From NCBI GenBank assembly GCA_040954595.2, contig CM082585.2, positions 6,721,808 to 6,785,807 on the forward strand: 64,000 bases of DNA, read 5' to 3'. This document shows, one piece after another, positions 25,667 through 39,200 of the stretch (positions are counted from its first letter, which is position 1; each line of letters opens with the position of its first letter). A program made the position numbers and the translations under genes. The DNA comes from Balanoglossus misakiensis. Lineage: Eukaryota; Animalia; Hemichordata. The notes beneath the pieces are model-generated. The model worked only from the letters and a program-made list of their open reading frames with translations. It had not been told where the DNA came from and ran no database searches.

Positions 25667-28600
25667 GTGAATATTAAAATGCACTCGTACACAAGAATAC
25701 TTGTGCCAGGCTGTACCCCGTATACCTGCTCTTTTCACACACAACTCTGATAGGTTTAGCAGTGGGGGATAGACATGAGCTTGCAAGCACTGTAAAATGA
25801 GTATTGGCTGAACATTTCACCCTAAAAAGATTGCTACAAACGGTTTCTCACCCGGTTTCTGTGTTATCGGATATCATATATAACATATTAAAAGTCCAGC
25901 AAATGCTGACGACTGGAAAGGTGTAATCTTAAGGTGACGCCCAAGATGGCCGCCACTTAATTTTCAGTGGAATATTCTTATTTTGTTGTTTTTAAAATAT
26001 ATTGTACATAAATAAATTTTATTATTCTATTTCTTGGGAAACCGTTGGATGCAAAAGATACCTTGTTTCACGAAACAACGCGGCACACAGAAAGTTGAGA
26101 TTCCTTGGCGTGTATCATTGAGAAAGATGATTTCAATGTCTGCCTTTATATTGTCTTTTTTAAATGCCCTTTCTCTATTTCATTGCAGATTTGTATTAGC
26201 TTTAGAAAGGCGATGCAAACTTGAAGAGAACGACATCAAAATTATTACACAATGTTTAATTAAACCAGTTATCATATTAGACCTGGTACAAAATGATTTT
26301 GACGTATCTGCTGTAATGGTTGCTATTATTTCAAATCTATTCCTGGATTTTAAAGTTATTTAGTGCTCCAATTATATAGAAGGTAAAACTGAGTGCTGAC
26401 AATAAAATTATTGAGTATGTACATGTATGTATGTGGAACTCCCCTACATACTGGTGAACGCCCTCTAATGATTATACGCAAAATGCACTTGTTTTTCGTT
26501 TGGAATAAGATATCAGAATTTCTCTTCGCATAATCTTAGACTAATAAGTATGAATTAGTGGATGTTTTCCGTACTATTTTTTACTTGCCTATAGTTACCG
26601 ATATAGTGACTGTCATTCTCGAAAGAAAACAATACAGAGAAATGATGAATCAATAGTAAATATTTCCACCGGTCTTTAATCGTCCCGGTTGAGCACACAC
26701 GTCTACATATGTTCTATTAATATGTTTAATTATAGTAAGTGAATTATAGATAATGCGCACAGGTATTTACATTTCGATTACAACATAATGCGACTTGATA
26801 ACGTAAATCACCAGGAGGCGTGCTTCTCTTAATACTATCACCGGAAACACCACCACGTCCATAATTAGAGTGGAAATTAATTCACTCTTGTTTAAGGAAT
26901 TAGCTAACACTCTATCAAACTTTCCATGCTTGCAACACCTGTCCCCGTACTAGAACTGAGACCGGAAGTAATCAAGGCATTGGAGAAGTCAGAACGACAC
27001 ATCAATATTTGCTTGAGATCGTCCATTAGGGATTATACAAATAATATGCAAATGTTAGGCCGATGGTTGAAAACGCGCAATTGTTGGAAACGAGATTTCC
27101 AGGTGCATCTTTGAAGTCCATAATTACGCAGAAACCATGTAACTATCAGTCATCTTACAGCAATTCTCAAACCCGAAGAAAGCTTTTCCCCAGCAGTCTA
27201 TTCAGATGAAAAGCCAGTTTGGTGAATTTAATATATGCACATTACGAAAAACCAACAATGAGGCCAAATGTCGAAAAGTTGGCATAGAATATGTTTCATT
27301 TCTTATTTGAAATTTCGGTCCAATGTGTCTGATGCAGATGGAACATTGGAAGCTTGAACCTTTTGAGAACCCCATGTGGTTGTGTATGTGAATCGCTGAC
27401 CAGGGGTTCAATCCACATCTTTACCAGATTATAGCTTACAGTCTATTGAGCGCACGCACATGGAACTGGCATAATGTCACGATCTCCGGTTTTACAAATA
27501 AAAATAAAGGTATTGCTTGCGTGTTTATCACATACAACAACAAAGATTGGCTTTGGTTCAGTTAGGCATTCTAAAGCTAGTTGTTGACACGGTCGATTCA
27601 AGCATCCAAAGGTAAGCCGATTTGACACGTATCTATGAACTCAGTCTAAAGTCAACAGCGCGAGTTATACATAAGAAGCACGGCATCGTTTTTCTTCTTT
27701 GCACGTACGGAAAAAAAGGGGCTTGGAATAAGAATGTGGCAAATGGAAAGTGAATACCTATTTTTTGATGGAGGAGGTCCTTGAAATCTTTGGAAATTAG
27801 ACTTCTCCAAACTTGAACACGCATGCTATTATACTCTGCATTGTACACAACTGGGAGTGAATAGTAGTGTCTTCAGCCGGAGACCCTGAAGGGAATTTTG
27901 TACCAGCATTCGTGTGGGACGTGACCGCAAAATGTGAGGGTAAACTAAGCGCCATTTCACTGAGCCAAATAATGCAATATATGTACCGTAAAATATTAAT
28001 GATAGCATAACCTTGGGCAGTTTGACTAGGATGTGTTATACGAAATTGTCTTTGTGAATAACACAGCCTTCGCTAGTTCAAGAGATGTGGGAAACATTGA
28101 CATTGTCCTTTCTTTCAACTGAGATTTCAGTGAAGATGTGTCAGTCAAGGCATCATTAACCATACCAAATAAGTTAGAGTTTTTTTATCAAGTTTTCTAA
28201 AAAGATTTAGGAATATTCCTCAAGCTCAATAACTGATCATTCTACCAGCAATGTTCGGAAAGTATTAATATGATAAAAACTAGAAGTGAAACTTGAAAAT
28301 AACTACTACAGTTGATTATCAGCAGTGAAACTATCTGCTGAATAATTAATGAAGCTAAATGTTAAAACTACACAAGGAACCCATTACTATCAATAATTTA
28401 TGATCAACGTTTATAAAATAATACGCAAAACTACACATCAATATAACACGTGGGATATAATTATCTTAAAGATCAGTGATAACTGTAAAATTGATTAACA
28501 CGCGATAAATTCATCATTTCTCAGTAAAATTGAAATTGTCAGTGTCTAAATCGTGATCTAAATGAAACATTGAATGATGACATTTATCATGAAGAAACCG

Positions 28601-30293
28601 ATTTTCTATTAGATGTAACAGATATTGTACGGTTTACTTTCAACAGGAGCGTGATACATTATGTTCCAATTTTCTTTCCAGAGATTAGAAACCACTCGGT
28701 TATAATAACATGAATTTGTAATTCAATCCCCATCATCATCTACATCACCCCAACTATCACCATCATCATTATCATCATCATCGCCGTCGTCATGATCACT
28801 TTACGTGTATGCGAAAAGTCAAAAACATCTGCTTAATATACCATTAATGATTAAAACACACGTACATATCCATAATCAGATGAAATTAAAATGCTATCAA
28901 AGAAAATCCACCCCGGTGATAATAAGGTTCACTGGTGCGGTAATACTGTATAACCACACATTGGACTGACTTCAGTGGTAACAACAAAATGGCTTCCAAG
29001 TGGTGAAAATTTGTGCTTTCTCCCGCTAATCTTGTTCAGAAAGTAATTTTGTCGTCGTGACATTGTTCGAAATATGTCCCAACCTAGTCAATAACATTTG
29101 TTAACGTCAAGGACGCTTTAGTATTGTTGAAGAAACATTCTAGTATGAGACAATATGAACATATGAAATACATTTATTGATTGATTAAGTGGCACATTGT
29201 CCCCCATTTATTCTTTGACTATGCTGAATACATGTCTTTGAACTGAACTCATTAGAAATATTAAATTGTAAAATATACTTTCGCGTATGGACCTGAATGA
29301 CTATTGATGAGAATTTAATGAATGCCCGCAGTAAGTAAAGTATGTGCTACACGCATAATAATTAGTACGGATCTGAAATTAGGCCAGTCTTGTGAGAGCG
29401 AAGAAATATCGTATCGCAAGAATTCTGGCAAGTCTACAATTGATGTAAGTGCATCGTAAAGAAACAATATACACATAACATCGACTCATACACACTTTCA
29501 GATAACGTCGTGATATCAGAAATCCACCACGTCACAATGTTATAAGTTCATAATGGGATGAACTTTGTTTGATTTGCAGTGTGTATGGAGTAATATTTGG
29601 CTTTTATAATTATAGACAAATATCCTTTATAATGATCCATTATTTCATAGCGGATGCCACGATAAGAGGCACTGGGTCCCAGAAATGGGGGATTAGAAAT
29701 ATATAACTCACACAGCATTATCATTATGATTGTGCCATCATCATCATACATAAGTTTATCATGACTCGGGTAAATCTGACGGTTTAACAACTATGGGGGC
29801 GTAATCGTGACTTCCCCCGCCTTCTATAGCAGTCTTACAGTTTTCTATTACCCACCTTCACTGTTTAAACTGCTTCTGAGAAATTTGGAAAAGATGGCTA
29901 ATGCACAGCAGTGGGTTTCTTAAAATATTGTGTCGCTTTTTAGAAAGTTACGGGCAGCTTTCACTGAAAAGACCAGTTCCAGCTGGTAGGTAGTTATTAC
30001 TTATCTCACCCTGCCACCGAATGAATACGACCTACATTTTTTGTACATGGCTAGGGGAGCTGGCTCACTGGAAATCCATCAAGACGGCGATTACGAACTA
30101 ACTTGCCTCACATTATCATATGTTGACGCTCGCTTCGATTTCTTCGTCGGACTGTTGCGGACGAAACCAACGGATGGCGGTGCATGTTTGTTGAACTCGA
30201 ACATGCTAGAAGTCAAATCATTGGACACATTCAGCCTGGTTCCAGAACATCCGAAGAGGAGGGGAGAACGCTAACAACGTCAGATGTGGTGAA

Positions 30294-33200
30294 ATGGGCA
30301 TCTTCGACATCTCCAATCGATTCAAGTGGACGCATTACATTCCCCAACCGTCCATCTCTGTATATTTTCAGACTGTGCTTGTTTTCGTGATGCTAAGTAT
30401 TGACTATTGTAATGGTGTTGAAAATTTCACAATTGGACTACTGGCCCCGTTGGGATGCGACTCCGTCTTCTCCACAGCCATGCCGCAGATAGCCACCGAA
30501 CTGGCTATAGAGAATATCAATAACGACCCAGAGTTTCCTGCTCAGATTAACTTAGATTATTTGGTTAGAAACACCAGTTGTTCTGGCACAGGGGAACTGG
30601 TTGAGTTGGTCAGTTTACTGACGGAAATGTCTGTGGATGCAATCGTCGGGCCGACGGAATACTCGACTTGCGAACCGGCTGCTCGCCTCGCAAGTTACTG
30701 GTCCACTCCAATGGTGTCTTGGACGTGCACAAACAGTGATCTGAAAGATCCTAGCATTTACAGGACGTTCGCAAGAACGGTCTCACCCTTTGCGTGGACT
30801 GCGAAAGCACTTGCGGCGGCACTGCTGCGCTTCCGCTGGAAATACTCGGTCGTCGTCGCGACTCCCGACCGATACTGGCAGGAAGCGGCCAAAGAGATCA
30901 TTTTCAGTCTGGGAGAGGCAAATCTGGTGGTTACTGAGTTCCTTACGATTGAAAACGTGGCATCTCGCGAAGAGATTGCTACAGCCTTGGGAGGCATTTC
31001 ACCTATTGTTAAAGGTAATTGATGAAATTGTCTTATTAAGATAGGAAATCCAGTACTTTAATACAGGCTTTTGGCGAGAAATATAAAAAACACCTTAGCA
31101 ACTCAGGCTTGATTTCACATTAGTTCTACTCAATTTATTCGGCATAAATGTAATATTCGTTTGATTGTTGGGTATCGCTATATCTATGCAGTAGCGTATC
31201 GTTACATTATCACATAAACGTCAATACCTTATCTTCTTCTGTACTGGCGGCGATTTCACGCATCATAATTATTTATGCGATTGCCATTTTAAAGCCCTTT
31301 CTTACTCACTTAGATACTATCCACTATAATCAAGAGCATTCAGTGTCGTATGTGCATGTCTATATCTGTGAGGGTTCCTTTGCAAGCAGGTCTTTTCTGC
31401 CAACTGATTTCCTCCAAGCTATGTTGAGTTATCGCAGTAAGCCAACCTCAAATTGAGACGTCTGGCGTCTGCTAAACACTTATTATAATCAGAGCGGCGG
31501 TAAGTCTCGAATCCTGAAATGGAGCACGATAAAATTAGCGCCAATTATCGCGCTTCAACAACTCGGAATTTCAATCAAGTCAAATGGGGCATAGTGGTGC
31601 AGCGAGAAGCACGCTTGCACTTGACCCAAGGTCCATTAAATGGTCATTTCATTTCAAAGCTTGGGCGAACAACACCCCGAGCTAATATACAGAATTACAG
31701 CGTCGAAGTCGCCATACTAATATGATGATACATGTGCCTAGAGTTTATTAAATTGTGAGATGTTGCCTTTTTGAGTGCTTACATTCGTGTGTATACAACA
31801 CTTCACCAATATCCAATATTACCATGTTGGAGCTGCAGTGCATTACCGTTATTCCCTGTTCATCTAATAAACGCTTGGAGGTCTTTGAATATTTTCACGA
31901 GAGCAGGCTTAGTTTTCTTTGGTGAATACAGTACAGGTTTTCTCGACTGTGTGTGTCCCCGACAACACTGTTTTAATTTCCCGTCAGTTTTTTGCGGACT
32001 GAATTTCTAAGACAATCCATGATGGATTACAACATCTTCGTCCGCTGCCTGCAGAGATGGAAGTCCATCGCAGGAAGACAAACAGCTGTCTGTTGTCATG
32101 GTGACCATATACAAACGATCAATCAGCGAGTAAGGAAACACTGTCAATGGAGACTTTTAATTGCTTGTATCAGTCTACATTTGTACCAGTCCCTTGCGAA
32201 TAAATTATTTCTGCAATGCTATTGTGTTGTTGGGGTGAAAAGACTGGATGTAAATCATAATGTCGGATTTCGTCAGACATGGGACCAGGAAATATACAAG
32301 GTCTAATCGAACAGTTTCCGCAGTTCTTGCATCAAACCAAATCAATATGACGTCAAACAAGGTCCATTGTGATTCAAAGCGATCTCATTACCAGCTCCAA
32401 GAAATAAACATGGAACTGATAAATATAATAGGGGCATCTTGAACCAGGCCATAGAAATTTAAGCGCTCCCTGCAACCTGTCAAGACTGGCCCAAAGTGAC
32501 AAGTTCAAGTGTAATTTGGGTAACCACCAACTTACTGTAAGTTGAAAATTGAAGTTAGGAATGGGCGGAGGTATAATATTTCCATATCTATGTGTACCGT
32601 AGAGATTTTTATGTACGCTCTCACCAATATATTTTCTGAGAATCTGATAATCGCAATGTATACGATGATTATGTCCAAGTTGTGTAACCGACAGCCTTAA
32701 CGTGAGTCGCGGGCTCTACAGTATCTCACTCAGGAGTCGTGAAAAGTATACAGTGGAGGTAATGGAATAGTTACGATTGAACCTTGAAATGGTCACTTTT
32801 GCCACGCAGCTTAGCGTCACTGTTTCAGTAAGGAGACAGGGTGCTATTTATCGCCAGTGATTTTAGCTCGTCAATGCGAAAATGCTATGTATGCAAGGAA
32901 CAAACCAACAATCGATATGGATGCAAATAATACGGTTATGGCTCCCTTTCTAACAGTAATCGCTGATGTTAATTAAGTAAACACGTGTGATGCAAGTGGT
33001 TATGTCACCTGGACGGTCTTTTAGAAATGTCAAGGTGTGACTTCAAATTATAGACAGACAGACTTTGTTTTTCATCCCCGAAAAAGAATACGGCTGCAGA
33101 AAATAATGGTTGCTTCTGTGATATTGTAATTACTTGGAATTCTGGGTAATCATCTTTTCCTTTGGCTAGGCATAGGGAACGAAGGTTTACACAGCTTCAG

Positions 33201-36200
33201 TTAAAATTGCCTCCAAATGTTGATGGTCATTTTCAATTGGTGACTGACCTTTAATCAGTCTGACTGTAGGCGTTTTCATTATTACTCACTGCGCCTTGCA
33301 GATTTTAAAGAAAGCACAGCCTTGAGCGGGCAAATTTGACTTATGGATACCAAGAATTCGCGTAGTAGGTGCCGACAACATGTCGACACCTTCTTAAAAC
33401 GCCATTGTTCGATATGTTGCCATCAATACCCTATGAACAACCTGCTAGCATTCAATTAAAGGTTACAACCTTCCGACCCTCTCATTATTTCTGACTGCCT
33501 GCTAGTTACGTCAGTTGAGATTACAATATTACAACCTCGAGCACATTGTTCCACGAATATGATATGCCAGATTTTGAGAAAGTATCTCCTGGTGATGTAC
33601 ACATGATACAAAAGCATCATTTTTATATGACGTATCAAATGACCTCTCTCAAATCTACAATCAGATATGAATGACTATGCCCTCGTGCTTGGACTATTTT
33701 GTCCAAGTAAAATGTTTGACATATTACGGTCTGTACTTCAGTACTTTAATTGTTGGTCAATACCAGAAATTTGTATGTTCAATAAATACAACGTCTGTAT
33801 GGAATATTCCCAGGCATGTAAGTCTTTGTGTGAAAGGAAACTACGTGACTGAACAACAGACGATTTAATTGCAGATAGATTTGACGACAGCGAAAGGTGT
33901 CGATGAATCGAAAACATAGATACTTCTATCTAAAGATCAAAACTCAGTCCGAAAGTGAGTGCTGGCAATTTATGATAGGTTCGAAATACTAGCCGATGTC
34001 TACGGGAGAAAATCACACGAGCGAAGACACAGGGCAATGGGGACGGTGCTGATTTATACGTACACTGTAACACATCGGGCATAGTATCACCTTACCTAGA
34101 TCAGAGATCAGTTGTAGAGTTCAAAGTACCGGTATATAAGACCTGCCTTTCATGTTTTGTCCACTATGTGTCTCCGTATAGTCATGAAAGTCAAATCAAA
34201 AACATAAATGTATTATTCTACATACAAATCTCCCTTATGTATAATCAATGGTGAATGGGATATTGTTTTGTTAAATGTATATCTATAACCGATTTCATTG
34301 ATACCGAGCTACATCCTTCAGCATTGACGTTATACATTGCTTGTCTCCAAAACGAGGTTAGGGCAAGTAAGTCAGAAACTTGGTAAGGCGAGCAGAGAAA
34401 TAACTTTCTACGAGTGATCCCTGCAGTGCATTGGTCAAGGCTTATGAACTTTTCAATTTAATGCGACACGTTGTGTATCAAATTGAGACACGCGCATCAT
34501 ACTATATGCGTACAACAAATTCTTTCGGCCTGTTTTCAGATTCATCACAACCGATACCACCATGGCGTCATATTGTCAGTTAATTAAAGGCGCGTGCTCG
34601 GGGGAGAGCGTTTCAGCAGCAATAGTAAGATCCTTGAAACATGCCCAATCTTGTCTATGACTTGTAGAGTGTCGGAACAGTACTTCAAATATACATGTTA
34701 GTTTACTGTTTTCTCTGTCGGCAGACCTATTTTTTGTCGTTTTCTGTGTTGAAATCTCTTTGCTTATTGTAGCCATAGTGTTTTATTAGACAAGAGGCGT
34801 TTTCCTTAATTGACTTCTAGGTATTGTTTAAGATAACATATCTGTTTGGGTTATCCCTGTGTCTGTATACAGGCGACAAAAATTCACAACAGAAACTAGC
34901 GATTTCAATAGTATTGATGCCAACCCTAATTTGAGTTTTAAACGCCGATCGAAGGCGAACACAAGTCTCTTGCGACTAATGTCGATACTGGATTCATGTA
35001 AACAACATTTAATTTGCAAGGTCCCGTGCCGTGGTCGTTATTGAATTCACACACTACAATCGTCGTGGTACTCGGGCACGGTAAGGTGATCGCCATTTTC
35101 TGTTTGAATAACTATCTAAAGAAGATTGCGAGTAATCTCGAATCACATACTCAATAGTGGCAGACACGGACGTCAACCTAGTGCCACTAAATCAAATCAC
35201 TGCAGTCGCGCAATTATGCTGAAAGTGAACACTTTCTAATGTTTTCTTTTTTATCATGCGATCAGCCCAGTTTTAATTTGATTAGAAAAAAATGTAGGTG
35301 TAGAATAACTTTGACAAGACTGCAATGTCATCAGGTATGGGTCGAATTAACACGTACTTTGGAAATTGAAAATAAGACGTCCTCGTTGGATCAATATTTA
35401 AAACACCACTTTCTGCTACATTTGGCATACATGTATTTTCAACGATTGGATTTTCTTATCCATAACCGATGGACGACACCATTTTCAATTGGGGGAAGAT
35501 AGGAAAATGCTGCGTGTGAGTAAGAAACAAGAAACGTAAAGCCAGATTGAACACACACCTCCTGGGCATAACAGTTATAGTGAAGTACCCGTTCATTAAC
35601 CAGACGGACAGCTGGTTTTCCACCAATTGCACTCCGTTTCGTGAGTTTGTGCGTGTTTTACGAAACACTGCATATTCGTATTACACTTCGTGCATAGATA
35701 TATCACACGAGAGCAGAGAAGAGCACGTTCACCTTTGTTGTACCAAATTGTTAACAAAATGAAGTAACTTCGGTCGTTGTAAAGTTACCTGAAAATAAGG
35801 TAAATTTAATGCTTTTCTCGTTGGTGTCTAGACATGGAAATGTGCTGCATTCAACTCCCTGAATCAGAAAACATTTGTGAAGCTTTAACACAACTGGATA
35901 TTACGTTCTGAGTGACAACCAGACATTGGGGAAAAGTTACCACCCTGGTTTACATCGCGACCATCTACGGTAATGCAGCAGTATTAACATAATGGCTTTG
36001 ACATTGGTTTATTAGCTCCACATGACAAGAGTTTGTACTTGGTCGATCTTCCGGCACGATGGGTCGTTTCCTTTACTAATGAAGGACAGAGTCATTGACA
36101 ATCATTAGAGTGTATTCGCTGCGACGTCTATGCCATTATGGGCACCCCCTCACAGGTATTGACTGGTAACACTATGTTACAACATTATCGCCAATGTACG

Positions 36201-39200
36201 ACATTGACTTCCCCAGTCAAACGGGATGTATGGATGCGTTTAGTTACGGATGCCATGAATCTAAACCAAACCGTCTCAGTCAGGGGACGCATGCCTAGAA
36301 GTTGTTCTAGTAATTGTGACTACACGTAGGAATTATCATAAGCGGCCTCAGAAACCATATAGCAGAGAACGAGACACACAGACAAACAACCATAATATCA
36401 CCCAAAGTATTCCCCTACATTCCTCAATCAGGTTGATGTAATACCTCTGGCACTTCACCCAATTCATTATCCTTCCGATTACGAGTATATGACCTCTCAA
36501 TTTTATGTGCAGTTGGCTTTGTGATTGCGTATATTGATTTTCTGAACGGTTTTTCAGGTGTTGTTGTCGACTTGTACTTACTGAACATATCTTATTCATT
36601 TGGGAGCATTTTTTATATTAAGTGCATATTTCTGTGCATACATTAATATCTTCCAGAGTCACGATGGAAATTTGACTCACTTAAGAACTCAATCGATTCG
36701 ACAGTGTTTATAAACGGAAAGTTTACACGTGTTGTGTTACCAATTAAGCAGTCTCCTTGCGTACAGTTTTAGCTTTATTAGACAATTTATTTTCCATTTT
36801 GTTTCTCTTGTAGTATATGCAGACTTGGCGTAGACAAAAAATCTATGTTTTCTGGAATAAAAGTAACACAGTAGAAAAAATTCACAAACTACTTTATCTT
36901 ATAATCAAAAGGCCAAATTTTTGTCTACAATCTTCAATAACTTTACACATGGAACATAACATCCGATTAATGCCTGTTCGATTGCCTGTTTGTGTGTTAC
37001 TTCAGCCACGGCCCACTGTCATTTGAAAACCCATTGAGATAATGGACTTTCAAAATATAAAGTGCCGACGTGAAGTGTCGGTTAATTAAGAAATAGCTTT
37101 CAAAGATCAACGAGGTAACTTAACCGGTATATGAAATATATGTGTTAATGAAAGCTTATAAGTAATATTAATTAACTATCAGTACTTAAATTTATCTTCA
37201 ATTTTCATTGTTTACTGACATAAATTAAACAATTGAAGGTCATCGCTAGCTCCATTTCAAGATCATAGCAAGGGCATTCGCGTATCGAAGTTTCATAATT
37301 GATCTCCCCAGTGAAGAGAAAATCGAGATGAGTGAGCATGTCATTCAATATACAGTGAGGTGTTTTTCTGTGTTCACGAGTGGCAATCAATGTTAACTGT
37401 AGTTGTATGCATGGAAATGAGATGTACGGTCTATAAAATATTGTGCATCAATAAATGCTGGTGCACTTCAGACCTAAATGATAGAATTGTTCATCCAAAA
37501 TCAAATCGGTATATGCACCTCATTTCACAACATGTCTCTGCATTTACATTTATTAGGTACCTATAAAACATGATATGTAATATTGTAACATGCGAAGCTG
37601 GCAAATTACGTTGTCAACCAAAGAAAATAGTGTTAATTTATATATCGTCACAAAATCACTGCGAATGATTTCCAACAGATATGATGTTTTACACACAATT
37701 CTCTTGAGGTTTGATTTACAGTCTCGTGTTACATAGCATATGTTTCTAATCATCCACCAAGGGTACATGTGCTTTTTAGATGACATAAATGACTGTCTCT
37801 CAATGTTGTCAGTTGATTGAACGGCCGCGTGGACACACAATACCGCGCACGCGTCTGTCCATCGCATTTCCGGTAACACGACCACGTTCCTCAGAATTAT
37901 GACGACACCTCATTCAGAATCGGCAATTAGGGAATGGACGAGGCGTACATCGCAAATGTTTTGCTTGGATTCAGATTTCACACTTCCGATAAATCATCAA
38001 AGATACTGGAGTTTAATCTGCACGCTTGCTATGGACACCATACAAATGCCCATATTTTACCATGTTATCTTATCCTACCCCTTGCATGCTATAAATAGTT
38101 AGCAAGCATCATACCTGCCTGTTGTTCTGAGCATATCTATTATTTGGCAGATGCGTGCTTTCTTTTGTCGCCAGTTCTTTTATGAAGAGATAACGCATGC
38201 AATATTCGTATCTTATTATTCACTTTATAAAATTAATGGTAGAAAGGCCTTACAGAAAGGAGTTGTTTGGAAGACACTCGAAAACCCCTACAAAGTATAT
38301 AATTTTGCACAATGTGACATGTCGTAGAAAGTAAAAGGCTATTTTGACATTTTAAGCTCCGTATCGTGTAAGGAAATTTGTAAGGTGTAAGGAATTACTC
38401 CTCGTTAGAAGCGTCGAGATTTTTCACTTCAGTGCCGCCCGATTGACATTCCAAGGAGATGTCAAGTATACATAAATGCAAGGATTATTTTTTGTGGCTA
38501 CAAGAGTGAACAGTGAAGGACTCACCCAGCGTTTCACACAAATAACTTGTAACCTAGGGGATCCATCGATAAGTCGGCGTTGTCACCGCGAATGAGGCTT
38601 GTGTACAATTCAGAAAGCACTACTGAAAAAAACTCTTTATGCGAACTGTTTCAGTAATTTTCAAGATGATTTCTCAACAATCCCTCCGTAGTCCGCATTA
38701 TGACCGTTGCACAATATCCGATTGCTTCTCTTGTGGTACAATTTGGGTTTAGAAACAAATTATATCAATCAATCAATCGATCGATCAATCAATCAATCAA
38801 CAAAAGTTTATATAGCACCAAAACATATAATTATATAACAACAGATGAAGTCAGCAGAAGGAAACGGGGTTTGTCTTGTCCTAACCTGGTCTCCAAATCA
38901 AGAAAAAATCACACAACTCCGACATACGGGTGGTTACGGTAAATGGCCGGATGAGTAATACAGCCGTTTATTCTAGAAAAATCGTTTATTCTTGTCTGTG
39001 TGCTAATTTGATGCATGTATTATGGCATTAGTGTCTGCATAGTCGATCCTTGAAGGAAGAGACATGCAGATTTTCATGTGTACAAAGCTTCTGTCGACTC
39101 TAGTCAAGCTCTTTTGACTAGCTCTCTCCAATATCAGTCTTACTTGCGTTCAGGTATTTACGTCCCCCTTTGTAGGATTTCTAGCAATAAGCTTGATCTT